Origin: Felis catus
Taxonomy: Eukaryota
DNA: 64,000 bases
Reading direction: 5' to 3'
NCBI RefSeq assembly: GCF_018350175.1
Contig: NC_058368.1
Location: forward strand, 160,458,001-160,522,000
Shown here piece after piece: positions 25,850 to 39,625 of the stretch (position 1 is the first letter of the stretch; each line of letters opens with the position of its first letter). Made by a program: the position numbers and the translations under genes. The notes beneath the pieces are model-generated. The model was not told where the DNA came from, searched no databases, and was given only the letters and a program-made list of their open reading frames with translations.

Positions 25850-26318
25850 TCTTATGAAATTCCTTTAAGTCCTCCTATCTCTAAAACAGGTCTATTAAAT
25901 TAATGAATTAATTTTGTGTTGTGAAGATCTTGATACAGCCTTTCTTTCTTCACCATTATCTCCTACAGTTTCACCCAACTCACCTTACATGGAGGTGATA
26001 GTGATCTCCTGTTATGTGCTATTGCACATAGTATTTTCTCTGCATTGAGTGCACTTATTGTTTATTATTTTTCTGCCCTGTAAACCCTAATTATTAAGAG
26101 ATTAGTGATTTCCTCTTCTGTGAAGACTTCTTTGTTGTTGGTAGAGGTAATTTCTCCATTATGTGGCCTACTTTTGTGCCTCATTGATTTTTCACTTATT
26201 TTATTTATCATGCATATTGTCATAATTTGTCTTTCTCCCAGGTAAGACAGTAATGTTGAGGATGTTTCAGTCTAGTGTTGATACATCACATGCCCTCAAT
26301 AAAGATTTCTTTGCTGAA
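25850..26318 (+). mobile_element. L2 3' remnant
   Basis: 'tcctcttctgtgaagacttct' and terminus 'ccctcaataaagatttctttgctgaat'. Confidence 0.5.
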
Positions 26319-26483
26319 TCAGCTAATAATGATTAAATTAACAGGCTTATTAGGTGATTTATGAGTTATTGCTAAAGAAGAATTTTTTTTATTTCAGTAT
26401 GGCCAAAAGGCAGTAGAAATCCTACTGTAAGTTTGCCATTGAGAAAAGTTTTGTTCCTTATTGCAGTCTAGAATGATGAACGC

Positions 26484-26700
26484 TTTTTAAATTTTTTTTA
26501 ATGTTTATTTTTTGAGAGAGAGAGATGGAGTACAAGCAGGGGAGGAGCAGAGAGAGGGAGACACAGAATCTGAAGCAGGCTCCAGGCTCTGAGCTGAGCT
26601 GTTAGCACAGAGCCCGATGCGGGGCCTTGAACTCACAGAAGGTGAGATCATGACCTGAGCCAAAGTGTGACGCTTAACCGACTGAGCCACTCAGGTGCCC
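26484..26700 (-). mobile_element. CAN-SINE
   Basis: Full body; degenerate TSD ctagaatgatgaac / ctagaacgataaac. Confidence 0.95.
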
Positions 26701-27255
26701 CTAGAACGATAAACATTTTGACATTTCCTTGTAATATGTTGTAATGATGTGTAAATATAGGCCGTGACCACAAAATTTATCTTCCTGTTTTTCCTCACTT
26801 CTTCTAACCAGAATTATTGCTCAAACTCTAGTATTTCTTGGAACATAGTAGTTTCATAGAATGGAAATAAAAAAATCAGATCAAGGATAAGGGGTAATAT
26901 TAATAAACTCTTTGCAACTGTTTAGCAGGTTAGCAAAAAAGTTGCTTGATAAGCTAGGTATGCCAGTAAAAAGCATTATCATGAAGGTATTCCTTTAAAA
27001 ATTTATTAAAAATTAACACATACAGATTTTAGGGTAGAAATTGATATGATTATTGAAAAGATTATTATGTTTTACAAAGGAGCTGCTTAAAGTGATTAGT
27101 TTATATTTCATTAGTATCTCTTTTTTGATATTGGATAGAATAAGCAGATGGAAAATATGCTTCTAGAATGTCTTTGGAATTATGGCTATGGGTTTCTTAA
27201 ATATGTTAGAAAGACTGCTGGCAGATGTGCATGAAAGCAAAGAAAACCTTTGTGT

Positions 27256-27296
<41 letters not shown>
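27256..27296. repeat. (AAC)n microsatellite, about 13 units
   Basis: Seen directly. Confidence 0.97.
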
Positions 27297-27619
27297 AAAG
27301 TCTATAGATTTTAAACTATGTTAAGGTACTCAGGCAAGTAAGGCATGTTTTGAATAGGATAACTGGTAGCATTGTCAATAAAATCACCTTGCTTAGCATA
27401 CTTAAGCCATATTTTTGGTGGAGAAAATCCCATTGTTTTGTCAAGATATGAGAAAGTAATGGCATTTGCTCTTTCTTATATGTCTGTTTTACTGAAATAG
27501 TTTTCAACCTGTCAGGCATCTAAGAAGAAACAAGGATTTTTTCTATGTCTAGCTAACTGAAAACAAAACAAGTTTGCTTTTTTTTCTAGTTATAAATATT
27601 AGATTTGTCTTTTATTCTT

Positions 27620-27684
27620 TATTTATTTAAAGGTTTTTTTTAATTATTCTAGAGACAGAGAGCAAGTAGAGGAGGGGAGCAGAA

Positions 27685-27733
<49 letters not shown>

Positions 27734-27862
27734 AAGGAAGAAAACAAATCTCAAGCATGCTAACTTGGAGCCCGACATGGGCTCAGTCCCACAACCCTGG
27801 GATCATGACCTGAACCAAAATCAAGAGGAGGATGCTCAATCGTGAGCCACCCAGGTGCCCCC
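27620..27862 (-). mobile_element. Older CAN-SINE with expanded (GA)n
   Basis: SINE head 'gagccacccaggtgcccc'; degenerate TSD agatttgtcttttattctt / agattttccttttcttctt. Confidence 0.9.
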
Positions 27863-28202
27863 AGATTTTCCTTTTCTTCTTAAGAGAAGTGTTGCTCAGA
27901 TTTCTTGGGAAAATTTGGTTTTGAGTTGGGGCTACTGAAAGGTGACGCTTGGTGCAAAAAAGTAGGATACCACTTTCTTCGGGTTTATCTCTGCAGTTCA
28001 GTGACTGAAGACACACAGGCATTTGCAATTGGCTAAAAAGAATTCTATTTAAAATTTTTTAAATTCTGGGAGTGATCAACAACAATGAAAAAGTTTCACT
28101 CACCATGTAGCTCATTTCTTATTCATCAAGATTGAGCATTTGGGTGTTCAATTCACTTTGTAAGAGTGAATAAAAATTAAGAAACTAAATAAAGTACACT
28201 TA

Positions 28203-28420
28203 ATTTTTTTTTAAATGTTTATTTATTTTTGAGAGTGAGTGAAACAGAGCATCAGGGGAGGAGCAGAGAGAGACACACACACAGAATCTGAAGCAGGCTC
28301 CAGGTTCTGACCTGTCAGCACAGAGCCTGATATGGGACTTGAACCCACGAACCGTGAGATCATGATCTGAGATGAAATCAAAAGTAGGACACTTAACCAA
28401 CTGAGCCACCTAGGCACCCC
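28203..28420 (-). mobile_element. CAN-SINE
   Basis: Full body with T-tail on the + strand. Confidence 0.95.
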
Positions 28421-29289
28421 AAGAAAGTCCAATTTAGGAAGAATAGGGAATAGAACTTTAAGGCCATCAGTACTTTTCCCTCAAATTTAATGTCCTGAAT
28501 AGATGATAAAAACATTAATCTTTTGTTTCTTAAAGTCCAGGTATATCATTTTATGCTAAATTTTAACTTTTCATACTACCTTATCATTTTACTCTATCTC
28601 ATAAAATGAATAATAATTAACAAAAATGAATTGAAATTATAATAACTTAAGCTTTTGATGCTTAAAAACAGGGGAGATCAGAGTGATCAGGGAAAGCCGA
28701 TTAAAATTACCAGGGGCTGTTCTAGAAGGAGACTGGGCTCACTACGGTGAAATTCAGTATAAATAAGCCTTTGTTGGGGAACCTAGAAATTTTATTTCAC
28801 TTCACCTAAATCTGCTAGAATGCCCAGAGTAAGACTTTTTATGCCTTTTTATATGCCTGATAGGGTCTGCATGTGATAGGTGCTATCTTGAATCATCATT
28901 CTCACATGACTCATCTTTTGAAATAAAATGGATGCACTTCATCTCATTAAAAAACATGTTATTTGAATGCATATTGTGGAGTTTCTTATGCTTTTAAAAG
29001 TGATACTATAATGTTGCTAGAATCCTAGCATTAACATTTTTGAATAACAGTGCTACAGGTGGTAGTGGTATTTTGACTTACTTGGAAATCGGCTTTTGAG
29101 GATGGAGTTTACTTTTACCTAATGAAGTTATAGGTATAAAATTGAGCACAAGTGAGATAAATGTTGGTTCAGTTTTCTCTTTTTAAAACAGTCCTTGGAT
29201 TCTGGAGCACTGTGTTGACATTGTTTCTATTTGCCTTACCAGCATCTCTTCCATTGGGAGCTCTTCTTTCTTTGGTACTCCAGTGTGGT

Positions 29290-29302
29290 CGGTCTTTCTT
29301 TT

Positions 29303-29370
<68 letters not shown>

Positions 29371-29573
29371 TCAAGTTTACTTATTTTTGAGAGAGACAGA
29401 GAAGGTGTGAACAGGGGAGAAGCAGAGAGAGAGGGAGAGAGAGAATCCCAAGCAGTTTCTGTGCTGTCACCACAGAGCCCAATGCGGAGCTCAAACTCAT
29501 GAAACCATGAGATTATGACCTGAGCTGAAACCAAGAGTTGGATGCTTAACCGACTGAGCCACCCAGGAGCCCC
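29290..29573 (-). mobile_element. CAN-SINE whose tail is a (TTTC)n array
   Basis: Perfect 14-bp TSD tactccagtgtggt at 29276-29289 and 29574-29587; (TTTC)n at about 29294-29372. Confidence 0.96.
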
Positions 29574-32136
29574 TACTCCAGTGTGGTTTTTCAGTCTATT
29601 ACCTACTGCTCTCTCACCCTCCTCAAAGGATGAGGGCTGGCTTGTAGTTCCAGTTGGCCTTTCACAGGCAGCAATCTAAAGGGACAGTCTATAAATATCT
29701 GCCACCATATTTGCTCTGGTTCCTGGTTCCTGTGGCCTTGTGTTTCACCTCTTCTGTGATTCCATGAGTTAGTCTGTTCTCAAACAAACAGCCCATCAGT
29801 CCCTCTAGTTTTTAAATGTTCTTACCATTGGAAAATTAACGAAGGTCTGGATACCCAAAGGAGGTGGCTGCTGATAGAGAGGAAGGCCAGGCCTTAGAAA
29901 AGGGTGAGTAGTTGTCTATGATGCAAAGGCTCACATATAACTTTGCTGAAGGCTCTTCTAAGTCATTTTGGGACTAACTGACTAGCTGTCTGGGTTGCTA
30001 GTGCCCAGTTTATAGAGCCATTATGACATCTTGCCTCACATGTTTATGGGAAGGATATTAAAACAGGTGGCCTGTCATGGGGAGATTTTTTTACCCAAAT
30101 ATCTAAATTTAGCTATCAACAGTTATTTATATGTGTTGAATAAGGAAATCTCCAAGGTATAAACTTTATAGTTTTCCAAATACAATCTAAAACTCTTGTC
30201 AGCTTTGTCCTCAATATATGATAAGTGAGGATTTAGAAATCAAATATCTAGCAGAAAAAAAGCAGATTTCATGTGTCCCAACTCTGTCTATTGCTTCTCG
30301 TATAAAAATCAGTTAAATATGACCTCTTTCTGTGGCTTTTATCCTGAGCTTTTGGCTGCAAAGGCAAGAATTGTTTATAGGCCAGTTAGTGTAATCTCAA
30401 TATTGATTCCTACCTCTTAAGGCTTCTTCAAAGCTTTTGTCAAAACACTCACACAAGAATCAGAGTGGGCAGAAATTGATTTTGGAGAGCAAATCTTTCT
30501 TTTGAGTACACATTAAAAAAAAAAAAGAAAAAAACTGTGACCTAACCATTCTCCTTTTTCACATTTTCTAGTGCAGTTTATTTTAGCTTTTAGATGCTTT
30601 CCTGTTTTGGTAAATAATAAGGTAAACATCTTTTTATATGTCAACCTGGTGGATGTTGGGAAGAAGTTAGAGGGAGAAGGTAGCTACATATAAGCTGCTG
30701 TTGAGGATAATACACTCAAGCTTGACTGGTCTAGACATGACTTGCCTCCTATCAGCTGGAGTGCTGACACAGGAAACTGCAATAAAGCAGCTATAGAACA
30801 GAAGTCTTAAATTTGGCATTCTTTGGTCAAGATAAATAAACTCCTATGAGACGTACTGGTTTTTCTCTCCACTAACATTTGTTGGCCCAAGAGAATTATA
30901 AATCCATCCATTGTATTTTTTGCCAAACCTCCTTCAAAAGAAGCGAAGCTAAAGACTCTGGACTCAGTAAGGCAAGTAGGCAAGGCATGTGAGCTGTGAG
31001 ACTGGCAGGTGAGTTTTAAGACAGGGAGCCTAGAATAATCCATAAGCCCATGTTGGAGGTTAAATTCAGATTGAAAGCACAGTGGATAGAGACAACGAAG
31101 TATCTGTCTGAATGTTGTGAGCCCTGCAGTATATCTCAGGATAAGAGGATAAATAATGGAGGCATAATCAACATAAAACTGGTTAAGAATGGGATATAGG
31201 AGGCAGAGACTCGCCAGATGCCTTGATGTATTGGAGCCTATGTATGGTGGTTTTAACCTGTGCATTTACCTTTGGTTGAAGATGGAGCTGATAAGGACCT
31301 GTTTTTACATCTCCCATAAGTCTAGGTCTTCATCATTTTAACCATTAGAGTAATATATTCAGGAGCATTCTTGAATTAGCAGTTAGATTGCCATTACCAT
31401 TGATTCCTCCAGGCAAAAACCCTACATAGTAGACCAGGTGGTGGGTTTGATCCTGAACTCTGATGAGCTCTGAAGCTTCCTTATAACATAATCCAGGTTC
31501 CATTGCAGAAAATTAGTGCAGGTCTCTCAGATACAAGGAAGAAAATAAGTTCTTAGTGATTTGAACATAGTAGAGAGGAATGAATAAAATATGAATGTGT
31601 GGGTGGGTTTACATTAATAGTGGCAATTAGAAACATAAATTTACCAGACTGATGACTTGTGCCATTTTTGAGGGCTTTATGCACTTAACCCCTAGCTTCT
31701 AGCATGAGTGAGGGATACATAAGTACTGGAACTATATACTGCTTGTTATTTATATATATTCTGCCTGCATTTGACATGTTCATGGATCTCCACTTCCCCT
31801 AGCAATGACCCTTGAATTCATCTATGTGTGGTCTCTGTCTGATGTTTAGAACTTCGGCCATAACACTGAGTAAGATGAGTAGGACAAGGAGTTAGTGAGA
31901 ATGGGATTCATAGTTTCTTCTAAAAAAAACACTGTGAGTGTAGATAAGCAACATTAATTGTGTCATAATATTGTATGTAAAAAAGCCATATCGTCAGTCA
32001 AACAGAAACTATGCCCATCTATAAAGAATTCCTGCTTGAGAAGTAATATTCTGCAAGGAGTATTATTTATCTCATTTTCATCTTTTTTTGAGAAACCGAA
32101 ACTTGATGGTAATATTTTGTTACGAATACCAGATCT

Positions 32137-32344
32137 GGGGGTGCCTGGGTAGCTCAGTTGGTTAAGCGTCCGACTTCAGCTTAGGTCATGATCTCGCAGT
32201 TCATGGATTTGAGCCCCAAGTCAGGCTGTGGGCTGACAGCTCAAAGCCTGGAACCTGCTTCAGATTCTATGTCTCCCTCTCTCTCTGCCTCTCCCCCTCT
32301 CACGCTCTGTCTCTCTCAAAAATAAATATTAAAAAAAATTTAAA
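32137..32344 (+). mobile_element. CAN-SINE
   Basis: Full body; TSD core ccagatct at 32129-32136 and 32350-32357. Confidence 0.96.
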
Positions 32345-32454
32345 GAGTGCCAGATCTGTCATGGGTAGACATTTTTTATGGAAACACATAGATATATTGG
32401 ATATAGCAATCAAATTTCTTTTAGACTCACAGACCTTATATGTCAGAAAAAAGA

Positions 32455-32592
32455 ATTTAAATATAATAATATAAATATATAAAAATAATATAAATAAAAA
32501 TAAATAATATAAATATATAAATAAATATATAATATAAATAATAGAAATAAATAGAAATACTAATATCTTTCTTAGTATAATTATAAATATAT
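32455..32592. repeat. AT-rich low-complexity tract
   Basis: Almost purely A/T with AATA/ATAT repeats. Confidence 0.85.
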
Positions 32593-32854
32593 TCGGTTAT
32601 CAATTCTAGATGTTATATTATGAATATACATGTACTTTATTTCTTCTTTAACAAAAAAATGGTGAGGAATTTAGCCCTTACAATGAAGGTTTTAATTCCT
32701 CTTTCCTTGGGCTTTAATGACTTCCTATGTGACTCGTGGTTTCACCCCACCTAATGTGATAGGGAAGGTCATTTGGAATAGAAGATGCATATTTACTGTG
32801 AGTCTTAGTATGGAAGGTATCAGGAACCTGAGTAAAAAGAAAAAAACAGCCACA

Positions 32855-33345
32855 ATCCCTGCCCTCACAGAGTTTGAAATTTAATTTGGAAACAAAAGAT
32901 ATTATTCAAATCATCTTTTAAACAAATGGGAATTACTACAGTAAATAACATGGAAAAGAGTCATGAGAGTCACAAAGAGGATGACTTGGCTTTAGGTAAG
33001 GAATTTTGGGGGAGGCTTCCCTGAGGTGATGGTCCATTGCACTCTAGTGTGAACAAAGATTCTTAGGCAGATGTGAATATTCCAGGCTGTGGGGATGAAT
33101 TGTCTGTGTTGCAGTGAACAAAGACGAAGCAGTTGAAGTGGGATCAGCAAGGCAGAGCATGATGTGAAGTGAGAGTGAGGTTGTTGATAGGTTAGAACAA
33201 AACCATGCTGGACCTTGGGACCATGACAAAGAACCTTGCCTTTATTCTAAGAATATTGAGTATCCATCCAAAAATTCAAAAGCAGAGAGGTGGAATAATC
33301 AGATGTTTCTTTTGAAAAGATGGCTCTAGCCTCAAGGTGGCGAAT
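32855..33345 (-). mobile_element. L2 remnant
   Basis: 'atccctgccctcacagagttt', 'ggaggcttccctgaggtgat', 'ttttgaaaagatggctctagc'. Confidence 0.6.
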
Positions 33346-35739
33346 TGAAGGGAAGTGGAGGCCAAACTTGTCTTTTTCTGGAAGAAGAAATATCATAGCT
33401 TTTGGATTTGCAACTGGTAAAAGTTTGCCTTCAGTACATTGTTTATTGTGGATTGTTTTTGAAGATGTCTCTCCTTTAGTACTCTGCAAAATGTGTAATC
33501 CTAGGCACTCATTAAAGGAAAATATTCTGTGTTTTTGTGATGCTGTGTCTTCTAACCTGAGCATTCTTACCTATATCTGTGTTGTCTGTTGTCATAAGCT
33601 CTGTGCTACCTATCATGGCCCAAACAAAATACAACAGACTTTTTTTTTCTTCTACTTGAGCTCTTATAAAATAAACCATAACATAAGGGTTTTGAGGGGA
33701 CATGTCTTGGAAACTTATTCCTGACATTTGGGACAAATCTCCTACCCAGTTGTTTAAACTAGATCCTGCCAATTCCCTTTCTAGAATCATGTGTTTTGAA
33801 AATTAATTCGTGAACCAATTTCATTAAAACCTGGAACTGTTTTTTTGTTGTTTTTTTTGTTTTTTTTTTTTTTTTTTTTTTTTTTTCATATGGGAGCCTG
33901 CTTTTCAAACTGAAGTAACAGTTTGCATACCAGGTTGGACTATAAGTTTTAAGGAAACAGAAAAGAAAGGAAAAAAAATGTTTTCAAAAGCCATTAGAAA
34001 GCTATTATGTGTTTGACAGATGGTATTGTCTCACCTTAACCTCACAATTAGATGAGGAAGTATTATTAACATCCTGATACTGTAGTTAAGAAAATGGATT
34101 TATTACTTTATAAATTTACATATGTAATTCTTGTTATAGACTAATGCCTTCCAGCTTCTCTATAAAATCTAGGGGGTGCATCTTTCATTCTTTAGCTGTA
34201 ACAATGAGGTTAGATAGTAACCTTTTATCCCTTGTAGAACAAGTCTGGTGAGTCTCTCGTTACTCCCAGACATTAGTGATAGCATAACTAGGGAAAGGGC
34301 CTGAGGCAGGATAGGTGTAGACTGAGAGGTAGGGAAACATTTTTCAGGAGATGAGATCCATCACTCACCCTACGACTACCACCTCTGCCATCACCACCAT
34401 CACTGTCTCTCAAAATAGCACTAACTGCCCTCATTATTGCAACTTACCACTTAATTTTGCTGGTATTCTTAACATAGTTATCAGTATAGCTATCATCAAA
34501 ACACCACCACTGTTGCTACTGCCTTATTTTTATCTAAGCTATCCTGCCAGTGGAGCCACCACCGTGTCTGCTATTTATCATCACCCTCATCACCTTGATG
34601 ACACTTCATGTAGCTAAGTCAGCTCTTCATTTCTTTTTATACATGTGACTGGATTTATCCACAAGGGATTCTGATCACAGTTTTAAATTCTCTGCAGCTC
34701 ACTCCCAGCCTCTTAGAGAAGAATACCAAGTCTATGAAAAGCTATAGACAGGTTTCTAGAAAAAAAGCACTTGACCGCAGGAAGGATAAAGAGGTACATG
34801 TTAAAAGAGATAATATGAACTGAAGAAGAACAGGCTACTTCAGAAGAGATTAAAGATCAAGTAAGTTAATACTATCAAAAGAGACAGGTTGTAACTAGAG
34901 GGATTGAAGAAGAAATTAATGAGAGAACTTGGAGTTAATTGGGAGAGGAGAAAAGATACACACTATAACTCTAGATTAAAAGCCCTTTATTACCACTGTA
35001 GGTAAATCATTAATCACCAGATACTTGGGGGGAAAATGGAAGAATTTGCCATTTTATATTTATCTGACTACTAGGAATCCATAAGATAATCTAGATAATG
35101 CTCATTCAAAACAAAATGTAAAAAGAAAAATAAACAGGGATAGAACTTTAAAAAAAAACATTGGTGGTAAGAGGCAATCTCAAATGATAGTCTCTATTTA
35201 TTTTGAATAATAACAATATTGCTCAAAACCTGTAAGTTTTGCTTATTGTTTCTCCCTCCTTTGGCTGTAGGAAAGATAAAAAATTATAAAGTAAGTCCCT
35301 TGGGTAGATTATTTCTATTTGAAATGAAGCCTCAACAGCTCACCCTTGATTGGAAAACAAAGCAGAACCCTAGGGCATCCACATAAAAATAAGGTGGGCA
35401 CTTGTTAGGCAGAGTGCACTCTGGCACGTCCCTTAAAATAAAGGAAAATACAAATTTCACACCAAATTCACAGTCCTTGCCGCTTAAACTCAAACCCCTA
35501 AGCTCAACAGGAAATCTGTCTAAACCTACAAAATGAACCTTGTGACTATAGCTTTGAGAGAGATTTTTATACAGGTTCCAGATAAATTAGAAAACCAAGT
35601 GGTTCTGTCTATAACAAAAATAGTTAAATTAAGGTCAGGATAGAGTTTACTCTTCCAAAAAATATGTACAGTAAAAAGAAAATGCTTAGTAACCTTGAAA
35701 GTGACCTCAACAGAAAAGTAAACAACCAAACAAAAGCAA

Positions 35740-36110
35740 TTATGGAAACAATAAAATCTAGTTTATATTTAGTTATAATCGGTAATAGTCCAAACTATAC
35801 ATGCAAATGAATTAAATTCTCACTGAAAATAACAAGGTTCACAAGCATGGAAAAAGCATCTGTCTATTATATGCAAGTGATACAGCAAAAACAACTTAAC
35901 AGAGGAAATTTGAAAAGGATAGAGAAAACTGTGTAAGGGATATTAAAAAGAGAAGAGGAGTAGATATTTTAAATTGGAGAATTTAAAAAGCATGAATAGA
36001 AAACAGAATACAGGATTAAAGTTGAAATTTTCAGAAAAAGGATTTAACTTATGAGCATTTACCAGTTGTTAACATAGAAAGGAGATATGTAAGTCCAGAT
36101 ACAAAGAGAT
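35740..36110 (+). mobile_element. Very old L1 ORF2 5' (endonuclease) remnant
   Basis: A-rich; 'atgcaaatgaattaaattctca' resembles the NVNGLNSP codons, followed by QETH-like and GVAIL-like traces; highly decayed. Confidence 0.4.
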
Positions 36111-37044
36111 GTATGGGAAAAATGAGAGCTATGAATCAGCCTGATTCTCATTCACTTGTAGGCAACTGTTAAGATAAGGTCTGATGAATCCTGAATTGTC
36201 AAAGAAACAGACCTCTGTTCCCATCATCCAATACTGAGTTCAAGAAAGTATTTGGATCAGGCCAAGTTGGCCTGGGGAGGCTGGGTGTGAAATATGAGAT
36301 ATTGTTTTAGTTTTTGTTTCTTTGGGAATTTTAAAAGGCATTTTGTGTAGAGGTTACTGTTTGCCAGCATCATAGAATGCATTATACCTCTGCCTCCGAG
36401 ATTAATGAGATGAACTGGCCCAGGTGAGAAGTCTGCAACACATTTATCCAGCTAAGGCTTCATGTAGAAATGCTTCATTAATGCGGGAGGGAGAGAGCTG
36501 TGCTCTCAGTAGTATCACATGACATATACTCACATGTCATCTTGCTAGGGAGGTATAGTCACCTGGAATTTCTTAGATCTGTGGCTTGATTTCTTTCCTC
36601 AGTTTTGGAAAATTCTCTGCTCTCGTCTCTTTAAATATTCCATTGGCTCGTTCTGTCTTTTTTTCTCATTCTGGGATGCCAGTACTGTGAATCTTGGAAA
36701 TTCAGTCTGGATTTTTTTTTTCTGAACTATTTTCAAAATTAATAATTCAAGATTAATAATTTTCAAGATTAATAATTAATTCTTTAGCTGTATCCGATCT
36801 GCTCTTAAGAACACATGTACTAGGTTCTTAATTACATTTTCATTTCCACTTGATTTTTAGAATTTAAAAATATAGTTTTTGTCATCTGTTTAAATTCTGC
36901 ATCTTATTTGTGTTCCTGAATATATTAATTTTAGCATTTACTTATTTTTTATTTAGACAACAAGCATTTGTTAACTATATACTGTCTATCAAATCCATAA
37001 CAAGTGTTGGTGTTAACAAAAATGAATGAGGCTTGGTCTTTAAT

Positions 37045-37270
37045 TGTTTATTTTATTTTTTTACTTAAATCCAAGTTAGTTAATATATAGTGTAATAATG
37101 GTTTCAAGAGTAGAATTTAGTGATTCATCACTTACATATGACACCCAGTGCTCATCCCAAAGAGTGCCTTCCTTAATGCCCATCACCCATTTAGCCCACC
37201 CCCCACCCAACACCCCACCAGCAACCCTCAGCTTGCTCTCTGTATTTAAGTCTCTTATGGTTTGTCTCCC
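37045..37270 (-). mobile_element. Short carnivore L1 3'UTR fragment
   Basis: 'aagttagttaatatatagtgt...cacccagtgctcatccc...aaccctcag'. Confidence 0.9.
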
Positions 37271-37582
37271 TAATTATAGCAAGTTTAAAGCCTCTGTGTG
37301 ATAACTCTAATGTACAGCTTACCTGTGAATCTGTTTGATCTTTTTTGTGTTGCTGCTTGAGTAATTCTTGTCCTTTTTCATAACTGCTCATTTCTTTTAC
37401 TGAATAATAGACATTATAGATGGAAAAATTGTAAGAATTAATTTGAGACTCAGGATGATGTTATTCATTGGAAATAATTTGCATTTGCTTTAGTCAGGTA
37501 GTGAGGCTAGGGATAGACGAATTTTAATTCAATCAGGGATTGAACCCATGGCAGCATTCAGTCCTTGTAACAGCCACATTGT

Positions 37583-37820
37583 TTCTTTTTCTTTTTCTTT
37601 TTTTTTTTTAATGTTTATTTATTTATTTTGAGAGAAAGAGTGCAAGAGTAAGCAGGGCAGGGGTAGGGAGAGAGGGAGAGAGAGAATCCAAGGAAGCCCC
37701 ACACTGTCAGTGATAAAGCCCCACACAGGGCTCAATCTCATGAACCATGAGATCATGACCGGGAACCAAGATCAAGAGTGATGTTCAACCACTCAACCTA
37801 CTGAGCCACCCAGGCACCCC
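37583..37820 (-). mobile_element. CAN-SINE
   Basis: Full body; degenerate TSD acagccacattg / acagctgtattg. Confidence 0.93.
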
Positions 37821-39625
37821 ACAGCTGTATTGCATCTGATTCATTGTTATTCTTAGAGTTTGGCCTTTCAGGATCTCTTGTATTTCAAAGAAACAAACAA
37901 ATAAACAAACACCTGCTCTGGTCCCCTCTTCCCTGATAACCTTCAGACTATTTTAGGTATCCCAGCTCTATGAGATTTTCAAAAGTTCTTCTCAGTTCTT
38001 CAGCTTCTCAGTCATCTTCAGAATAGTAAACCCTGCTAAATTTATTCGAGCGCCACCAATCTCTGGTGTTTCCAGACATTTTTACCTGTAATATAGGATA
38101 CACTTTTCACTTTTCTGTAGAATTTAAAATTCTCTCACTTTCTTCAAATTTTGAACTTTCATCTAAAAGATTTAGGTATGTGTATTAAAAAAAAAAAAAG
38201 TCCTGGTTGGTTCTTGAAGGGCTCATTCCATGAGGAAGTTTGTGATTTTTTTTTTTTTTAGAAATGACAAATTTTATTTTATCTTTGATTATTTAATTCT
38301 ATTCTTTCTGGAATTTCCAATGTGTAGATTTTAGATTTTTTTGGAACCTATCCTTGTTGTTTTCAGAAAAGGCATAATGGTCAAGTAGTAAAGAGAGTAA
38401 CTTAATCAAGTTTCACTGCTTCATTTTAAAATTTAGTTAACTCTTTATACAACCTAAAAGATTACCCCAGATTTCATGGGGGATAAATGTTTGTGTCACA
38501 GTAATCCCCTAGAGGGAGGTTACAGTATCCCTGCTCAGTGTGAGTCAGTTGGTATAAGAGGCTGGAGAGAGATCGGAATAAAGTCATGGAGATATTTGTG
38601 AATCCAGAAATTGACCCTACCATTGGAGATCAATCCATGCAACCCTTGACCTGATATAATCTAATTCTAGTAGGTCATTCAGATAAGATAGAGAGAGTGA
38701 AAGAGACTACAGAAAATTTTATTCATGCCTTAGGGGAAGGCCAAAAATAAAATCTTTTTAAATTCTATGGCTTTAAATTCTATGGTTGTTCTTTATTAAA
38801 ATGGTAAAAATAAAATATAAATAAATTTTAGTTAACTGGGTGAGCTTAGTTAAATCTGGAAAACTATGTGTGCCTAAGCTTCATTTTGAGAAAAGATAAT
38901 TAATTACACATTTTCAAATTACTCTGAGAAAAAAAAAAAGGTAGGTAAAACATGTAATTATTAGGTCTCATTTGTTCAACACTTGGTGTTAGTACTTTAA
39001 CTTCCAGAACATTAATTTCCTCTTCACTTGTGCCATTTTATTGGATTTTTTCCCTTTAGCAATCAATCTTAAAATATCCGATATCCCTCACTTAGTTATA
39101 TAATTATTCCTTTTTGCAGATAGGCTTGCTGAGAATACAGATTTGAATTTTAAAATTCTTTTATCATTTTTATTATGTTTCATTTTAATCCATCATAGTC
39201 CCTTTTATGTTGTTAGATCTTTACTCCAAATATTTGATAATTCTTATTCATGTTTTTAAGTAAGAGTTAGACTGAGGAATGTGGGTGGCTATGGTGTTCT
39301 TAGCGATTTGCCAGTTAGTTTCCACAATAGCATCTCTTGTGAACAGAAGAGCTGATTGTGGGCTCTGGTTCAATGGAAAGTATATGTCAAGGTAGTTTTG
39401 CTCTCTGGATGCAGTGATAGATAGCTTAAGCTGGGGATCCCCCAACGCCAAATGGGATTATGTTTAAAGACTGCCTTGAACTAAAAATCTCTGAACTTTA
39501 AAAATATAATGAAAGCACTGGTAATGGATTCTAAAAAGAATACTCTTCCCACCTATATCATATTTTTAGGCTTTTAATTTTGTATGTAGAGCTATCTATG
39601 TATCTATGAATTAAGATTCATCTAT

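Noticed and set aside
29161..29534. KERK-repeat and FFLS-repeat ORFs
   Set aside because: These are translations of the (TTTC)n SINE tail.
34351..34617. Thr/His-rich 88-aa ORF
   Set aside because: It derives from a degenerate (CAC/CAT/TAC)n low-complexity tract.
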